NCBI GenBank assembly: GCA_044224375.1
Contig: JBGAKL010000006.1
Location: 198,018-262,017 of the forward strand
Direction: 5' to 3'
Source of the DNA: Cyclobacteriaceae bacterium
GTDB lineage: Bacteria; Bacteroidota; Bacteroidia; Cytophagales; Cyclobacteriaceae
DNA: 64,000 bases
In this document: positions 40,005-48,898 of the stretch, piece by piece
Layout of the letters: every line of letters starts with the position of its first letter
How positions within the stretch are numbered: position 1 is the stretch's first letter
The notes under the pieces: model-generated
The model's input: the letters and a program-made list of their open reading frames with translations, nothing else
Told to the model about the DNA's origin: nothing
Database searches by the model: none
Program-made: the position numbers and the translations under genes

Positions 40005-41648
40005 ATGGGCCAAACCACCGCCATGGATCTGGAATTTAATCGCAACGAGGATCTTTTCAAACAGCTTTGTTTTCAGTTGTCATCCCGCGAGAAAAAATTG
40101 CATTTGGGCGGCGGTGAAAAGAAGATCGAAGAACAACATCAGAAGGGAAAGCTGACTGCGCGGGAGCGCATCGAATACCTGGTGGACAAAGATGAGGAGT
40201 TCGTTGAGATCGGTCTTCTGGCAGGCGAGGGGATGTACAAGGAACAAGGCGGCTGCCCCGGTGGCGGCGTCGTAACAGGTATTGGAAGGGTAAAAGGCAG
40301 ACTTTGCATGATAGTCGCGAACGACGCCACGGTAAAGGCTGGTGCTTGGTTTCCGATAACAGCAAAAAAAAATCTGCGTGCTCAGGAGATTGCCATGGAG
40401 AACCGGCTGCCGGTGATCTACCTGGTTGACAGTGCGGGAGTTTTTCTTCCGATGCAGGATGAGATTTTTCCCGACAAAGAACATTTCGGCCGCCAATTCA
40501 GGAACAATGCCCGGATGTCATCTATGGGAATTGTTCAGATCGCAGCGATCATGGGTAGCTGCGTAGCGGGAGGTGCGTACCTCCCCATCATGTCCGACGA
40601 AGCAATGATCGTAGACAAAACAGGATCAATTTTCCTTGCGGGTTCGTACCTGGTAAAAGCGGCGATAGGCGAAGACATAGACAATGAAACCCTGGGTGGC
40701 GCTACAACCCATTGTGAGATCTCAGGTGTCACCGATAATAAGTTTCCGAACGACCAGGCTTGTCTAGATTACATCCGCAACATCGTGGACAAAATCGGCA
40801 AGACAGAAAATGCAGGCTTCGACAGGATTGAACCAAAGAATCCCGCCGAGAAGCAGGAAGATATTTACGGCGTGTTTCCTGCAGACCGGGCGAAGCCTTA
40901 CGACACGCTAGAAATAATAAAGCGGCTCGTAGACAATTCCGAATTTGACGAGTACAAAAGTCTTTATGGTAAGACGCTCATCTGCGGCTACGGTCGTATC
41001 GATGGCTGGGCTGTGGGCATCGTTGCCAATCAGCGCAAAGTGGTGAAGACAAAGAAGGGAGAGATGCAAATGGGTGGAGTGATCTACTCGGACTCAGCGG
41101 ACAAGGCCGCCCGGTTTATCATGAATTGCAATCAGAGAAAAGTGCCGCTGGTGTTTATCCAGGACGTGAGCGGATTTATGGTTGGCAGCAAGGCAGAACA
41201 TGGGGGTATCATCAAGGATGGTGCTAAAATGGTAAATGCTGTCGCGAATTCTACCGTTCCGAAATTCACCATCATCACTGGAAACTCATACGGTGCAGGT
41301 AATTATGCGATGTGCGGCAAAGCCTATGATCCCCGTCTTATTGTAGCGTGGCCTACTGCACAGATTGCAGTAATGAGTGGCGCGTCGGCGGCCAAAACGT
41401 TGCTGCAAATACGTGTAAGCACTCTGAAAGCTCAGGGTAAATCACTTTCCAAGGAAGAAGAAACGCAAATGCTGAAAGAGATTACCGATCGCTATAACGA
41501 ACAGCTCAGTCCCTACTATGCTGCGGCGCGCTTATGGGTAGACGCGGTGATCGACCCGCTGGAAACCCGGAAATATATTTCCACAGGTATTTCTGCCGCT
41601 AATCAGGCTCCCGTGGAGAAATTTAATCCGGGGGTGATACAGACGTAG
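40005..41648 (+). CDS. Acyl-CoA carboxylase carboxyltransferase subunit (methylcrotonoyl-CoA carboxylase beta type)
   Basis: 547 aa, ...[19 protein letters not shown]...MGSCVAGGAYLPIMSDE... Confidence 0.9.
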   Translation: MGQTTAMDLEFNRNEDLFKQLCFQLSSREKKLHLGGGEKKIEEQHQKGKLTARERIEYLVDKDEEFVEIGLLAGEGMYKEQGGCPGGGVVTGIGRVKGRLCMIVANDATVKAGAWFPITAKKNLRAQEIAMENRLPVIYLVDSAGVFLPMQDEIFPDKEHFGRQFRNNARMSSMGIVQIAAIMGSCVAGGAYLPIMSDEAMIVDKTGSIFLAGSYLVKAAIGEDIDNETLGGATTHCEISGVTDNKFPNDQACLDYIRNIVDKIGKTENAGFDRIEPKNPAEKQEDIYGVFPADRAKPYDTLEIIKRLVDNSEFDEYKSLYGKTLICGYGRIDGWAVGIVANQRKVVKTKKGEMQMGGVIYSDSADKAARFIMNCNQRKVPLVFIQDVSGFMVGSKAEHGGIIKDGAKMVNAVANSTVPKFTIITGNSYGAGNYAMCGKAYDPRLIVAWPTAQIAVMSGASAAKTLLQIRVSTLKAQGKSLSKEEETQMLKEITDRYNEQLSPYYAAARLWVDAVIDPLETRKYISTGISAANQAPVEKFNPGVIQT

Positions 41649-41714
41649 GGAAGGATGAGTAATTTTATTGTCTCATTTTTCATTTTGTTCTGATACCTAT
41701 TGGGCACCATTTCT

Positions 41715-42569
41715 ATGCAGGAGACTGAAATCAAGGCTCTTATTTCGCTTCTGGACGACGACGACAAGCAGGTGGTGTCGCACGTGGAGGAGAAAATAAT
41801 TTCACTGGGAAAAGACGTGATCCCTTACCTTGAAAAGGAATGGGAAACGAGCTTTAGCCCTGCCCTCCAGACCCGCATCGAGGACATCATTCATATCCTC
41901 CAATACGACTTGCTTAAATCACGGCTTTTGGAATGGTATAAGACTCCGGAGAAAGACTTGCTCACGGCGATGTGGCTGTTGGCAACGTACCAATACCCTG
42001 ACCTTGAAATCGAAAAGCTACGGCAGGAGCTCGAACAGATCTACTATGAAACCTGGCTTGAGTTCAGACCGGATCTTTATCCCATCGATCAGGTCAAAGT
42101 TGTCAACAGTGTACTCTTTAACAAATTGAAGTTCGGTGCGAATACCAAAAATTTTCATTCACCTGGTAACTCACTGATCAATGTAGTTCTTGAGACGAGG
42201 AAAGGGAACCCAATCACGCTGTGTGTGATTTACATGCTGGTAGCGCAAAAATTGAAGCTTCCCGTCCAGGGAGTGAACCTACCGAATCTTTTTATCCTCA
42301 CTTACAAAGACACGCAGAATAATCAGTTTTACATCAATGCGTTCAACCGCGGATTGATCTTTTCACGCCAGGACATAGAGAACTACATCAACGAATTGCA
42401 CCTGGTTCCACAGGATTCTTTTTTCGAACCGTGTGAAACCATTGAGATCGTGCGCCGCGCGCTTCGCAACCTGATCATGTCATTTGAAAAGATGGGGGAA
42501 CACGCGAAGGCGGAGGAAGTGAAGTTGCTGCTGGTAGAGATCTCAGACGGTGGAGATTTGGGGGTGTGA
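41715..42569 (+). CDS. Transglutaminase-like (SirB1/YchA N-terminal domain type) protein with a TPR-like C-terminus
   Basis: ...LETRKGNPITLCVIYMLVAQKLKLPVQGVNLPNLFIL... ATG 41715 (TTG 41700 is an alternative start). Confidence 0.65.
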   Translation: MQETEIKALISLLDDDDKQVVSHVEEKIISLGKDVIPYLEKEWETSFSPALQTRIEDIIHILQYDLLKSRLLEWYKTPEKDLLTAMWLLATYQYPDLEIEKLRQELEQIYYETWLEFRPDLYPIDQVKVVNSVLFNKLKFGANTKNFHSPGNSLINVVLETRKGNPITLCVIYMLVAQKLKLPVQGVNLPNLFILTYKDTQNNQFYINAFNRGLIFSRQDIENYINELHLVPQDSFFEPCETIEIVRRALRNLIMSFEKMGEHAKAEEVKLLLVEISDGGDLGV

Positions 42570-42570
42570 G

Positions 42571-42630
42571 GACTGGAGTCAGGAAGCAAGGATTCAAGGA
42601 GTAGTTAGGGAGTTAAGAAGAAATTCGTTA
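42571..42630. repeat. Purine-rich upstream arm of the frameshifted four-helix-bundle cassette
   Basis: GACTGGAGTCAGGAAGCAAGGATTCAAGGAGTAGTTAGGGAGTTAAGAAGAAATTCG. It contains TTAGGGAGTT, the exact complement of AACTCCCTAA within 43051-43070, and shares the 10-mer GAAGCAAGGA with 57991-58000. Confidence 0.6.
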
Positions 42631-42688
42631 GAAAAACCGTACAAGCTGGCAATTGGAGTCATGTGTTCCCGATCCGAAATTCGGTGTT

Positions 42689-43167
42689 ATGCTTCCAGCA
42701 AAATCTTATACCGATCTTATCGTTTGGCAAAGTGCACACCATTTCGTGATAGCCGTTTACGCCTTTACTACAAAATTTCCCAGGAAGAAAGAAGTCTATG
42801 GTCTGACCTCTCAATTTCGCCCTGCGGCGGCCTCCATTGCTGCCAACATAGTGGAAGGAGATAAAAAACAGGTGCAAGGGACATACTTCGATTCTTAAAT
42901 TTTGCCCAAAGCTCACTTGAAGAATGTCGTTATTTCTTATTGCTCGCACGCGACCTCAACTTCAATGATGATCAGAAAATGATTCCTATGATTGAAGAGG
43001 TGAGTAACTTCTTAATGGCTATGCAAAGGCAATCTACATTAGGACTAGTCGAAGAACTCCCTAACTCCTCATTCTATTTTCCGCGAATAGTGCACCCAAC
43101 CGGCCTCACCGACGGCATATTCACATCTTGTCCGGCAAGTAACTTGTCAATTGCCTGCTTGATGTAA
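42689..43167 (+). pseudogene. Frameshifted four-helix-bundle protein gene (PF05635 / 23S rRNA intervening-sequence protein / Avd-like family)
   Basis: MLPAKSYTDLIVWQSAHHF...YGLTSQFRPAAASIAANIVEG parallels the intact paralogue at 58007-58378. The frame breaks at the A6 run 42863-42868. The -1 frame continues ...RFLNFAQSSLEECRYFLLLARDLNF... No stop occurs at the homologous end, so the frame runs on into the convergent gene. Confidence 0.7.
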
Positions 43168-43634
43168 TAGGCCGTTACTCCCTCAGGTGCCTGTGGATTA
43201 TCATCCAGGGCGCCACTGTAAAGAGAGACGAATTTGCCGTTGACGCTCTTTAACAGGAAGACTTCGGGACTTTTCTTGGCACCCAATGCCTCCATTGCAG
43301 CCTGGTCTTTATCGGCGAGGTAAGGAACAGGCAGCGCCCAAGCACCGTAGGCAATCTTCATACTTTGCAACGACTCCTCGGGATACGAATTGACAAGAAG
43401 GAAGGGTAGTTTGTCGCTGTAGGATTTGATAAGGTCTCGTATTCTCAATTTATAATATCCATCGTAGGGACAATAGTTGCTGGTGAAGATCACAACGACG
43501 CCCGGAGCCCCATTGTATCTATCAAGGGAGATAGCCGTACCGTCAACGTTCTCAGCCGTAAAGTTTTGCACGGGCGTTTGGGCCTGGAGACCAAAAGTCA
43601 CGAACAGCAGGACAACCATGACGAACGACTTCAT
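43074..43634 (-). CDS. Secreted thioredoxin-fold (redoxin/TlpA-like) protein with a single Cys in place of CxxC
   Basis: ATG 43634 gives MKSFVMVVLLFVTFGLQAQ... then ...VVVIFTSNYCPYDGYY... The longer ORF-track start would overlap the PPTase gene. Confidence 0.68.
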   Translation of the reverse strand: MKSFVMVVLLFVTFGLQAQTPVQNFTAENVDGTAISLDRYNGAPGVVVIFTSNYCPYDGYYKLRIRDLIKSYSDKLPFLLVNSYPEESLQSMKIAYGAWALPVPYLADKDQAAMEALGAKKSPEVFLLKSVNGKFVSLYSGALDDNPQAPEGVTAYYIKQAIDKLLAGQDVNMPSVRPVGCTIRGK

Positions 43635-43644
43635 ACGGACGAAA

Positions 43645-44268
43645 TTAAGGGGATGTGTAGACGAGTACGTACTCCTTTTGTACAAGATACTGCAAATGCA
43701 CAATAGTTTCCTGTTCATTAAACACGATTCGCCCTGTAAGGTAACCACTGGAAGAAAGCTGAAACGGATCGACTTTAAGGTGGTCAGTGAAAAGAAGATT
43801 CTTCTTCCCATAAAACTTATACAATGCTTCCTTTGCGCACCAGTAAATACACAACTTGACAACATCATTTGCAGCGTCGCTCACTTCGCTCTTGGTAAAA
43901 ACACGTGTGGCAATGACTCTTAATTTTTCCTTCGGTTGCTCGAGGTCAATTCCAACTCCGTGTTTGTCATCGACCTGGACCATAACGTACGGATAGGAAT
44001 GGGACAGCGATATATGATGTGAATTTTTCTTGAGGAATGGTTTTCCGAATTCATCCTTTTCCATTCCGAAATAGGAACACCCGAGGTTTTCGAGAAGTTC
44101 ACGCGTGAGAGCCCGGGCTGCAGCCCACTCCAGTCTTTTTTGGGAGTTAACAATTTCAGCGGGACAGGTCTCCATTGCGAGATCGGACAGCTCGCGCTCT
44201 GACTCAGCAATATGCCACACAGCCCATGCCTGCTGCTTACCAAGGGTATGAATTTTAAGAAGTGGCAT
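43645..44268 (-). CDS. 4'-phosphopantetheinyl transferase superfamily protein
   Basis: ATG 44268. ...EFGKPFL...ISLSHS...GIDLE...WCAKEALYKFYG... The stop is 10 nt upstream of the thioredoxin-fold gene. Confidence 0.8.
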   Translation of the reverse strand: MPLLKIHTLGKQQAWAVWHIAESERELSDLAMETCPAEIVNSQKRLEWAAARALTRELLENLGCSYFGMEKDEFGKPFLKKNSHHISLSHSYPYVMVQVDDKHGVGIDLEQPKEKLRVIATRVFTKSEVSDAANDVVKLCIYWCAKEALYKFYGKKNLLFTDHLKVDPFQLSSSGYLTGRIVFNEQETIVHLQYLVQKEYVLVYTSP

Positions 44269-44331
44269 TAGGTTAATCTGGTTGTGTGCGCCAATTTTAT
44301 GTAAAAATATCATTTGGAAACTTATTGAGCG

Positions 44332-45243
44332 ATGGCAAGTATCCTTGTTAAGAAGCTTCAGACATTGACGGGCCATCATGACTGTGTCTATGCGCTCACG
44401 CAGGTCCCCGGTTCACAACATTTTTTCTCCGCGGCGGGCGACGGCATGATCGTCAAATGGGATTTTGCCAACCTGGAAGAAGGCACACTCATCGCCCGGT
44501 TGCCTAATTCAATCTACGCCATACATGCGTTACCGGATACGGATCTCCTTGTCGCGGGTCACAACTATGAAGGCATTCATGTTCTTGATTGGCGAAATAA
44601 AAAGGAGGTAGCATCGTTGAAACTTTCGGATGCTGCGATTTTTGATATCAAATCGATCGGGGAGGACTGCCTGATTGCGTCGGGTGACGGATCGCTGACG
44701 GTAGTTGATTTGCGAACCATGACGGTGAAAAACAAGCTTGTTAATTCAAATCGAAACGCCAGGACGATTGCACCCAATTCTCAGCGCAATGAAGTTGCCG
44801 TCGGGTACAGCGATAATTTCATCCGGGTGTTCGATTCGCAGACCTATCAACTTAAGCATGAATGGCAGGCACATACAAACTCTGTTTTTACCCTTGCCTA
44901 TACCCCTGATTCACGTTTTTTGCTCAGTGGCAGCCGTGATGCCCGCTTAAAAGCGTGGTCTGTGTCCAATAGCTATTCTCTTCACGAGGAAATAAAGGCG
45001 CACCTCTACGCAATCAACCATATCGAATTTAGCCCGGACTCAGAACATTTTGTAACTTGCAGCCTGGATAAGTCAGTCAAAGTCTGGCATACGGCCAGTC
45101 TGACACTGCTGAAGGTCATTGACAAAGCGAGACATGCCGGTCACGGCACTTCAGTGAACAGACTGCTCTGGTCTTCGTTTAATGGACAGTTGATCAGCGC
45201 CAGTGATGACAGGACGATCTCCATTTGGGACGTAATTTTTTAA
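44332..45243 (+). CDS. WD40-repeat beta-propeller protein
   Basis: 303 aa with repeated GH...[WF]D units (TGHHDCVYAL...VKWD, ...AHTNSVFTLAY...LKAWS, ...VKVWH, ...ISIWD). Confidence 0.8.
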   Translation: MASILVKKLQTLTGHHDCVYALTQVPGSQHFFSAAGDGMIVKWDFANLEEGTLIARLPNSIYAIHALPDTDLLVAGHNYEGIHVLDWRNKKEVASLKLSDAAIFDIKSIGEDCLIASGDGSLTVVDLRTMTVKNKLVNSNRNARTIAPNSQRNEVAVGYSDNFIRVFDSQTYQLKHEWQAHTNSVFTLAYTPDSRFLLSGSRDARLKAWSVSNSYSLHEEIKAHLYAINHIEFSPDSEHFVTCSLDKSVKVWHTASLTLLKVIDKARHAGHGTSVNRLLWSSFNGQLISASDDRTISIWDVIF

Positions 45244-45269
45244 TCTTCAACACAAACACGCTACGTCAA

Positions 45270-45986
45270 ATGAAAGTAACACCCTTGGAAATTCGCCAGA
45301 AGACGTTCGAACGGACGCTTCGCGGCTACGACAAAGACGAAGTGAATGCCTTCTTGCTTTCACTTTCCCAGGAATGGGAACGCATGAACGATGAGATCAA
45401 AGAGCTGAAAATGAAATTCGAAAACAGCGAGCGCGAAGTGTCAAAGCTGCGTGAGGTCGAAACGTCATTGTTCAGAACACTCAAAACCGCTGAAGACACG
45501 GGTGCGAATGTGGTTGATCAGGCGAAAAAGACAGCCGAGCTTCATGTAAGGGAGGCGCAGATCAACGCCGAAGCGCTTTTCAATGAAGCGAAGGCAAAAG
45601 CAAAGAATACGATCGAGGAAGCCGATAACATGTCGCGCCAAATGCTCGGCGACATGGAAGACAATTTGCGAAGCCTGGTTCAGCAATACAAGACGCTTGA
45701 ATCCCAACGCAATGTGCTCGTGGACGACCTTACGCGCCTGGCCAGTGAGGCACTTGATCGTGCTGAGCGTGTGCGTCAAACGATGAAGACATTCAACGCT
45801 GACGACCACATGGTTTTTGCCAAACGTGAGATAAAGAAAGCTGCGGCAACAATTGAAAATCAAAACAAAAAATTGCAGCCGGTGGATACCGACACCCCGG
45901 TCAAAACAGAACACGTCAAGGTCGAGCCTGCAAAGGTTGTAGCTGAGCCTGAGCCATTGCGCTCTTTCTTCGACGAGGTTGCATGA
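45270..45986 (+). CDS. DivIVA-domain protein
   Basis: MKVTPLEIRQKTFERTLRGYDKDEVNAFL... followed by a long coiled coil. Confidence 0.82.
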   Translation: MKVTPLEIRQKTFERTLRGYDKDEVNAFLLSLSQEWERMNDEIKELKMKFENSEREVSKLREVETSLFRTLKTAEDTGANVVDQAKKTAELHVREAQINAEALFNEAKAKAKNTIEEADNMSRQMLGDMEDNLRSLVQQYKTLESQRNVLVDDLTRLASEALDRAERVRQTMKTFNADDHMVFAKREIKKAAATIENQNKKLQPVDTDTPVKTEHVKVEPAKVVAEPEPLRSFFDEVA

Positions 45987-46342
45987 CGGGCAGAATCATT
46001 CTCGAAGGGCTGGAGTTTCACGCGTACCATGGAGTCTATCCCCACGAGCGTTCCTCCGGTAATAAATTCGAGCTTGATGTTATCGTAGAAACCGAATTCC
46101 GCGAGGCTGCATTTCATGATCATTTGTCCGGGACAATCAATTACGAAGAAGTTTATTCTATCGTGAAAGACGAAATGGCCAAACCATCGAAGCTGCTTGA
46201 GCGAGTCGGTCATCTAATCGGGGAAGCAATTCTGAAAAAATTTCCTGAGGCCCTCGCCGTTCAGATCAACATTTCAAAATTCAATCCACCGATCGGCGGG
46301 GTGTGTAGGAAAGCGAGCGTAACGATCTCACTTACCCGGTAG
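45983..46342 (+). CDS. folB: Dihydroneopterin aldolase
   Basis: 119 aa, ...LEGLEFHAYHGVYPHERSSGNKFELDV... ATGA overlap with the DivIVA stop. Confidence 0.88.
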   Translation: MTGRIILEGLEFHAYHGVYPHERSSGNKFELDVIVETEFREAAFHDHLSGTINYEEVYSIVKDEMAKPSKLLERVGHLIGEAILKKFPEALAVQINISKFNPPIGGVCRKASVTISLTR

Positions 46343-46419
46343 TCACCGCGGCTCCGCTCCTTTCAAACAGGCGCTCCGACACGAAGCCTGCCGGGAGCGG
46401 GAATCGAAGTCAACTTTGT

Positions 46420-46440
46420 GCTGCCTCTGCGCCGTTGCGA
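46420..46440 (+). repeat. Short repeat GCTGCCTCTGCGCCGTTGCGA (family shared with 25669-25688)
   Basis: Hand alignment. See the 25669-25688 entry. Confidence 0.6.
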
Positions 46441-46463
46441 TTTGCACGCGAGCGTGGCGAGTC

Positions 46464-46769
46464 CTATTCGGCGTCATTGAACATAAATCCCCTCGCATCC
46501 GCTCCCTCATAGAAATCGACTTCTTTGCCCATCACATAAAGCGTGTGTTTCTTGTCGACAAAAACCTGGACACCGTTAAAAATGTAGGCGAGGTCAGTGT
46601 CTTTCTTCTTATCAAACCCGATAATCAACCTGGCACCACCGCAGCCTCCGCCTCCCTGCGCACCGATTCGCAGGCCATAGCCTTCCGGAATATTCTTGGT
46701 TTGCATGATTTTCAGCACTTCCTCCGCTGCCCGCTCGGTCAATGTCACCGGCTTTACCTCGTCGAACAT
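46464..46769 (-). CDS. HesB/IscA-fold protein lacking the C-terminal CGC motif
   Basis: 101 aa, ...VTLTERAAEEVLKIM...GLRIGAQGGGGCGG... Only one Cys is present. Confidence 0.72.
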   Translation of the reverse strand: MFDEVKPVTLTERAAEEVLKIMQTKNIPEGYGLRIGAQGGGGCGGARLIIGFDKKKDTDLAYIFNGVQVFVDKKHTLYVMGKEVDFYEGADARGFMFNDAE

Positions 46770-46934
46770 AAATCTCTTCGATATTTCAAAAAAAATAGGG
46801 TGCCGGGTTTACAATTTTTACTCACTAACCACGGTTTTTAACTGGAGAGCTTGCCCGCGCTAAATCAACCCCGACTAGTCCGGGTTCATCAAAATTACCT
46901 AATTTTTAAACACCTTTACGGAACAAAAAATTCT

Positions 46935-47456
46935 ATGGACGCTCTGATCGAATACGGAAAGATTCTGATACCTGCTTCGCTGGTCCTCTACGCCATGTAT
47001 CTCATGGTTCGCTCAATGATTTACAAAGAGCTGGAACTGAAAAAGCTGGAAATCAGATCCCGCAGCATCGAGACGATTCTGCCCAACAGGCTCCAGGCGT
47101 ACGAACGCATGTGCCTCTTCCTCGAGCGTATGTCGCCACCCAATCTGCTGCTCAGGCTCAACACGCAAGGTTATTCAGCGCGGGAATTTCATAAGTTGCT
47201 GCTCGATGAGATTCGCAACGAGTATAATCACAATGTATCCCAGCAGATATACATGAGTGAGAACGTATGGAACATGGTAAAGAATGCAAAAGAAGATCTC
47301 ACAATCCTTGTAAATGAAGCATCTGCTGCCATGGGCCCCGAGGCAACCAGCCTCGACCTGGCAAGGAAGATATTCGAGATCACTCTTGAAAAAAAGGTTG
47401 AGCCTATCGGTCACGCCTTGTCTGAACTGAAGAAAGAGATCCAGCAGACTTTCTAA
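46935..47456 (+). CDS. Hypothetical membrane-anchored helical protein
   Basis: ATG 46935. One N-terminal TM segment (ILIPASLVLYAMYLMV); the rest is helical. The stop abuts the dtd start. Confidence 0.5.
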   Translation: MDALIEYGKILIPASLVLYAMYLMVRSMIYKELELKKLEIRSRSIETILPNRLQAYERMCLFLERMSPPNLLLRLNTQGYSAREFHKLLLDEIRNEYNHNVSQQIYMSENVWNMVKNAKEDLTILVNEASAAMGPEATSLDLARKIFEITLEKKVEPIGHALSELKKEIQQTF

Positions 47457-47908
47457 TGATCGCAGTCGTTCAGCGGGTAGGGGAGGCGTCGGTCACGATC
47501 TCCGGCATGGTCAAATCGAAAATAGGAAACGGTCTGCTCGTTTTGGTCGGAATCGAAGATGCCGACAGCGATGAAGACATTCAGTGGCTGTCGGCCAAGA
47601 TCGTCAACCTCAGGATATTCAATGACGAAGCTGGCGTGATGAACGTTAGTGTAAAAGATACCGGTGGCGAAATCCTTGCAGTAAGTCAGTTCACTCTTCA
47701 CGCGAGCACCAAAAAAGGAAACCGCCCCTCGTACATAAAGGCATCCAAGCCTGATATTGCTGTTCCGCTTTACGAAAAATTCATAAAGCAACTTGGATTG
47801 CATCTTGGTAAATCAATCTTAACTGGCGAATTCGGAGCGGACATGCAAGTTTCCCTGGTCAACGACGGACCTGTTACCATCATCATCGACACGAAAAATA
47901 AGCAGTGA
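47456..47908 (+). CDS. dtd: D-aminoacyl-tRNA deacylase
   Basis: 150 aa, MIAVVQRVGEASVTI...GLLVLVGI...SQFTL... Confidence 0.93.
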   Translation: MIAVVQRVGEASVTISGMVKSKIGNGLLVLVGIEDADSDEDIQWLSAKIVNLRIFNDEAGVMNVSVKDTGGEILAVSQFTLHASTKKGNRPSYIKASKPDIAVPLYEKFIKQLGLHLGKSILTGEFGADMQVSLVNDGPVTIIIDTKNKQ

Positions 47909-47956
47909 TATTAGTGTGAACGGCCAAGGGCCAACAGCCAATTTCCAATAGCCGTT

Positions 47957-48895
47957 TTACAAAATCGCCAGCCAGATAAAAACAATATTGGCAATCACAT
48001 ACGCCGCAATCACAATGCGGGCTCCGACACGATTTACACGATCACAAGCTTCTTTCCTTCCCCAGTCATGAAGTTTCAACGCGGAGGCAGATACAACGAG
48101 TGTTGCCAGTATGCCAAAAAATGTCAGTGCATGTAAGGTGTCGACAAGTGTGAATTCTGACGATTCCGGCAGGATTGAATCAATTATATATTTATTACCA
48201 ACGGCAGCAAACAATCCGCCGACCGGCAGGCCGAACCGGGGTTCAAGCTCCCAGGGATTTGGAGTAAAGCCGATAATGGCTATAAGAAATGCTATGTACA
48301 TGCCAATAAAAATTTTGAGGAACAGCCCCCACGCATCGCGCTCAATGTCCATGTCGATATTGAAAGTTGCGAACTCGCTATGTTGTGAAGGCAGTCGGTA
48401 ATCTCCGAATCCGGTTTCATAATTATTCGTCTTCGTGTTCACATTGAAATTCCTGATGTTCCATCCGTCGATCGCCATCATTTTTTCATATCGACTACCA
48501 TCAAAATCAGGTTTAAAAACCAAGCTGCTTTTATCAAAAAGCGTATTCTCGATCTGCAGGTGTAAATGTTGGGAGTCAAAGGGAAAATCGTCGACTTTCC
48601 AGCTTTCTTTCATCGTGCATTTCATCTTCATAATCACCCATGCTTTGCCGTCGATACTATCGGTCATGATCTCGGGTGGATCGATGCTCTTTGCATTAGG
48701 AATATCCAGTTGTTTGCTGAAATCAAATTCGGCGTTATCATACAAGAACCAAAGCCAGAACCTGATTGTGTATTCTTTATCGTGAAAATTGATATCGTGC
48801 ACACTGATCACATACGCACCCACCTTGACCGTGTCCGGCTGTGCGGTCAAACGGAACGCGGTAAAAACAAACAGTAGGCAAATAAGCTGTTTCAC
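47957..48895 (-). CDS. Prokaryotic pentameric ligand-gated ion channel (Cys-loop receptor superfamily) homologue, paralogue 1
   Basis: 312 aa with a signal peptide and a beta-rich ectodomain carrying FPFDSQHLHL (compare YPFDSQTLHI in GLIC) and GWNIRNF. Four TM segments follow, with LP-x-S/T after M2 and a short M3-M4 loop. Confidence 0.75.
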   Translation of the reverse strand: MKQLICLLFVFTAFRLTAQPDTVKVGAYVISVHDINFHDKEYTIRFWLWFLYDNAEFDFSKQLDIPNAKSIDPPEIMTDSIDGKAWVIMKMKCTMKESWKVDDFPFDSQHLHLQIENTLFDKSSLVFKPDFDGSRYEKMMAIDGWNIRNFNVNTKTNNYETGFGDYRLPSQHSEFATFNIDMDIERDAWGLFLKIFIGMYIAFLIAIIGFTPNPWELEPRFGLPVGGLFAAVGNKYIIDSILPESSEFTLVDTLHALTFFGILATLVVSASALKLHDWGRKEACDRVNRVGARIVIAAYVIANIVFIWLAIL

Positions 48896-48898
48896 AGA

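Noticed and set aside
43635-43868. Upstream extension of the thioredoxin-fold ORF
   Set aside because: It overlaps the PPTase 3' end. The internal ATG 43634 is followed by a clean signal peptide.
46343-46463. GC-rich spacer between folB and the HesB-like gene as a possible small RNA gene, plus the 141-aa ORF at 46416-46841
   Set aside because: The ORF is antisense to the HesB-like gene. For the spacer I can see only weak stems and the shared 21-nt repeat, which is not enough to call an RNA gene.
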